Shown here in pieces: positions 8,076 to 8,386 of a stretch of DNA of 8,386 bases; positions within the stretch are counted from its first letter, which is position 1; each line of letters begins with the position of its first letter. Under the pieces are notes generated by a model. The model was not told the origin of the DNA. It ran no database searches and worked only from the letters and a program-made list of their open reading frames with translations. The position numbers and the translations under genes are program-made. This stretch comes from a virus (taxonomy: Duplodnaviria > Heunggongvirae > Uroviricota > Caudoviricetes): IMG/VR virus record IMGVR_UViG_2585427737_000008; one strand, given 5' to 3'.

Positions 8076-8386
8076 ATGAGAATTGATTATAGTATTAGCA
8101 ATGAACACGCAGAGAAATTTATCAGTCTTTTAGTGTTGGGTGTTTTATATTCTATTGAAAAAAAGCAATATCTATAGATGAGGCAGAAGGTTTTATATTT
8201 AAGCCATCTACGTCAAAAACATTGAATGCTGCATCGCACTCTAAAAACTTAATTGACATTATAGATTCTGGTTGTGAGCTTGAAGATATATCTAGCATCA
8301 TTCCTGAAAATTTATCAGGTAATATTGATAAATTAATTAACCAGACGCTGGATTTTATTCGAGGTGCTCCTGATTTTGGCGGTGCA
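8076..8386 (+). pseudogene. Putative immunity gene for the upstream orphan toxin, apparently frameshifted at an A7 tract; 3' end beyond window
   Basis: ATG at 8076 overlaps the upstream TAA (TAATG). It encodes only 33 aa (MRIDYSISNEHAEKFISLLVLGVLYSIEKKQYL) before TAG 8175-8177. The +2 frame is open from 8159 to the window end (…AISIDEAEGFIFKPSTSKTLNAASHSKNLIDIIDSGCELEDISSIIPENLSGNIDKLINQTLDFIRGAPDFGGA) with no ATG or GTG start. Adding one A to the A7 run at 8158-8164 fuses the two. Confidence 0.35.

Overview
All credible genes lie on the + strand and together read as a type VI secretion (T6SS) vgrG-rhs effector locus of an Escherichia coli-like enterobacterium, identified by recollection of protein families rather than by any search. 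Order: (1) the 3' ~1.5 kb of a vgrG spike gene, running off the left edge; (2) a PAAR-motif Rhs gene that is split into two ORFs (1562..2956 and 2961..5789) by an 11-nt stretch with stop codons in all three forward frames; (3) a sharp drop to AT-rich composition near 5265, just before the Rhs DPxGL boundary, followed by a ~153-aa C-terminal toxin domain whose motifs resemble L,D-transpeptidase (YkuD) catalytic sites; (4) an overlapping small lipoprotein gene, the likely cognate immunity gene; (5) a hairpin terminator; (6) an intact ISAs1-family 'H-repeat' transposase gene; (7) an AT-rich downstream module that looks like a decaying orphan toxin/immunity pair, with an in-frame TAG and a frameshift at an A7 tract. 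The most interesting hypothesis is a periplasm-acting, peptidoglycan-targeting Rhs toxin paired with a lipoprotein immunity protein. Antisense ORFs in the GC-rich Rhs core are rejected as spurious. No tRNA, rRNA or CRISPR array is evident.
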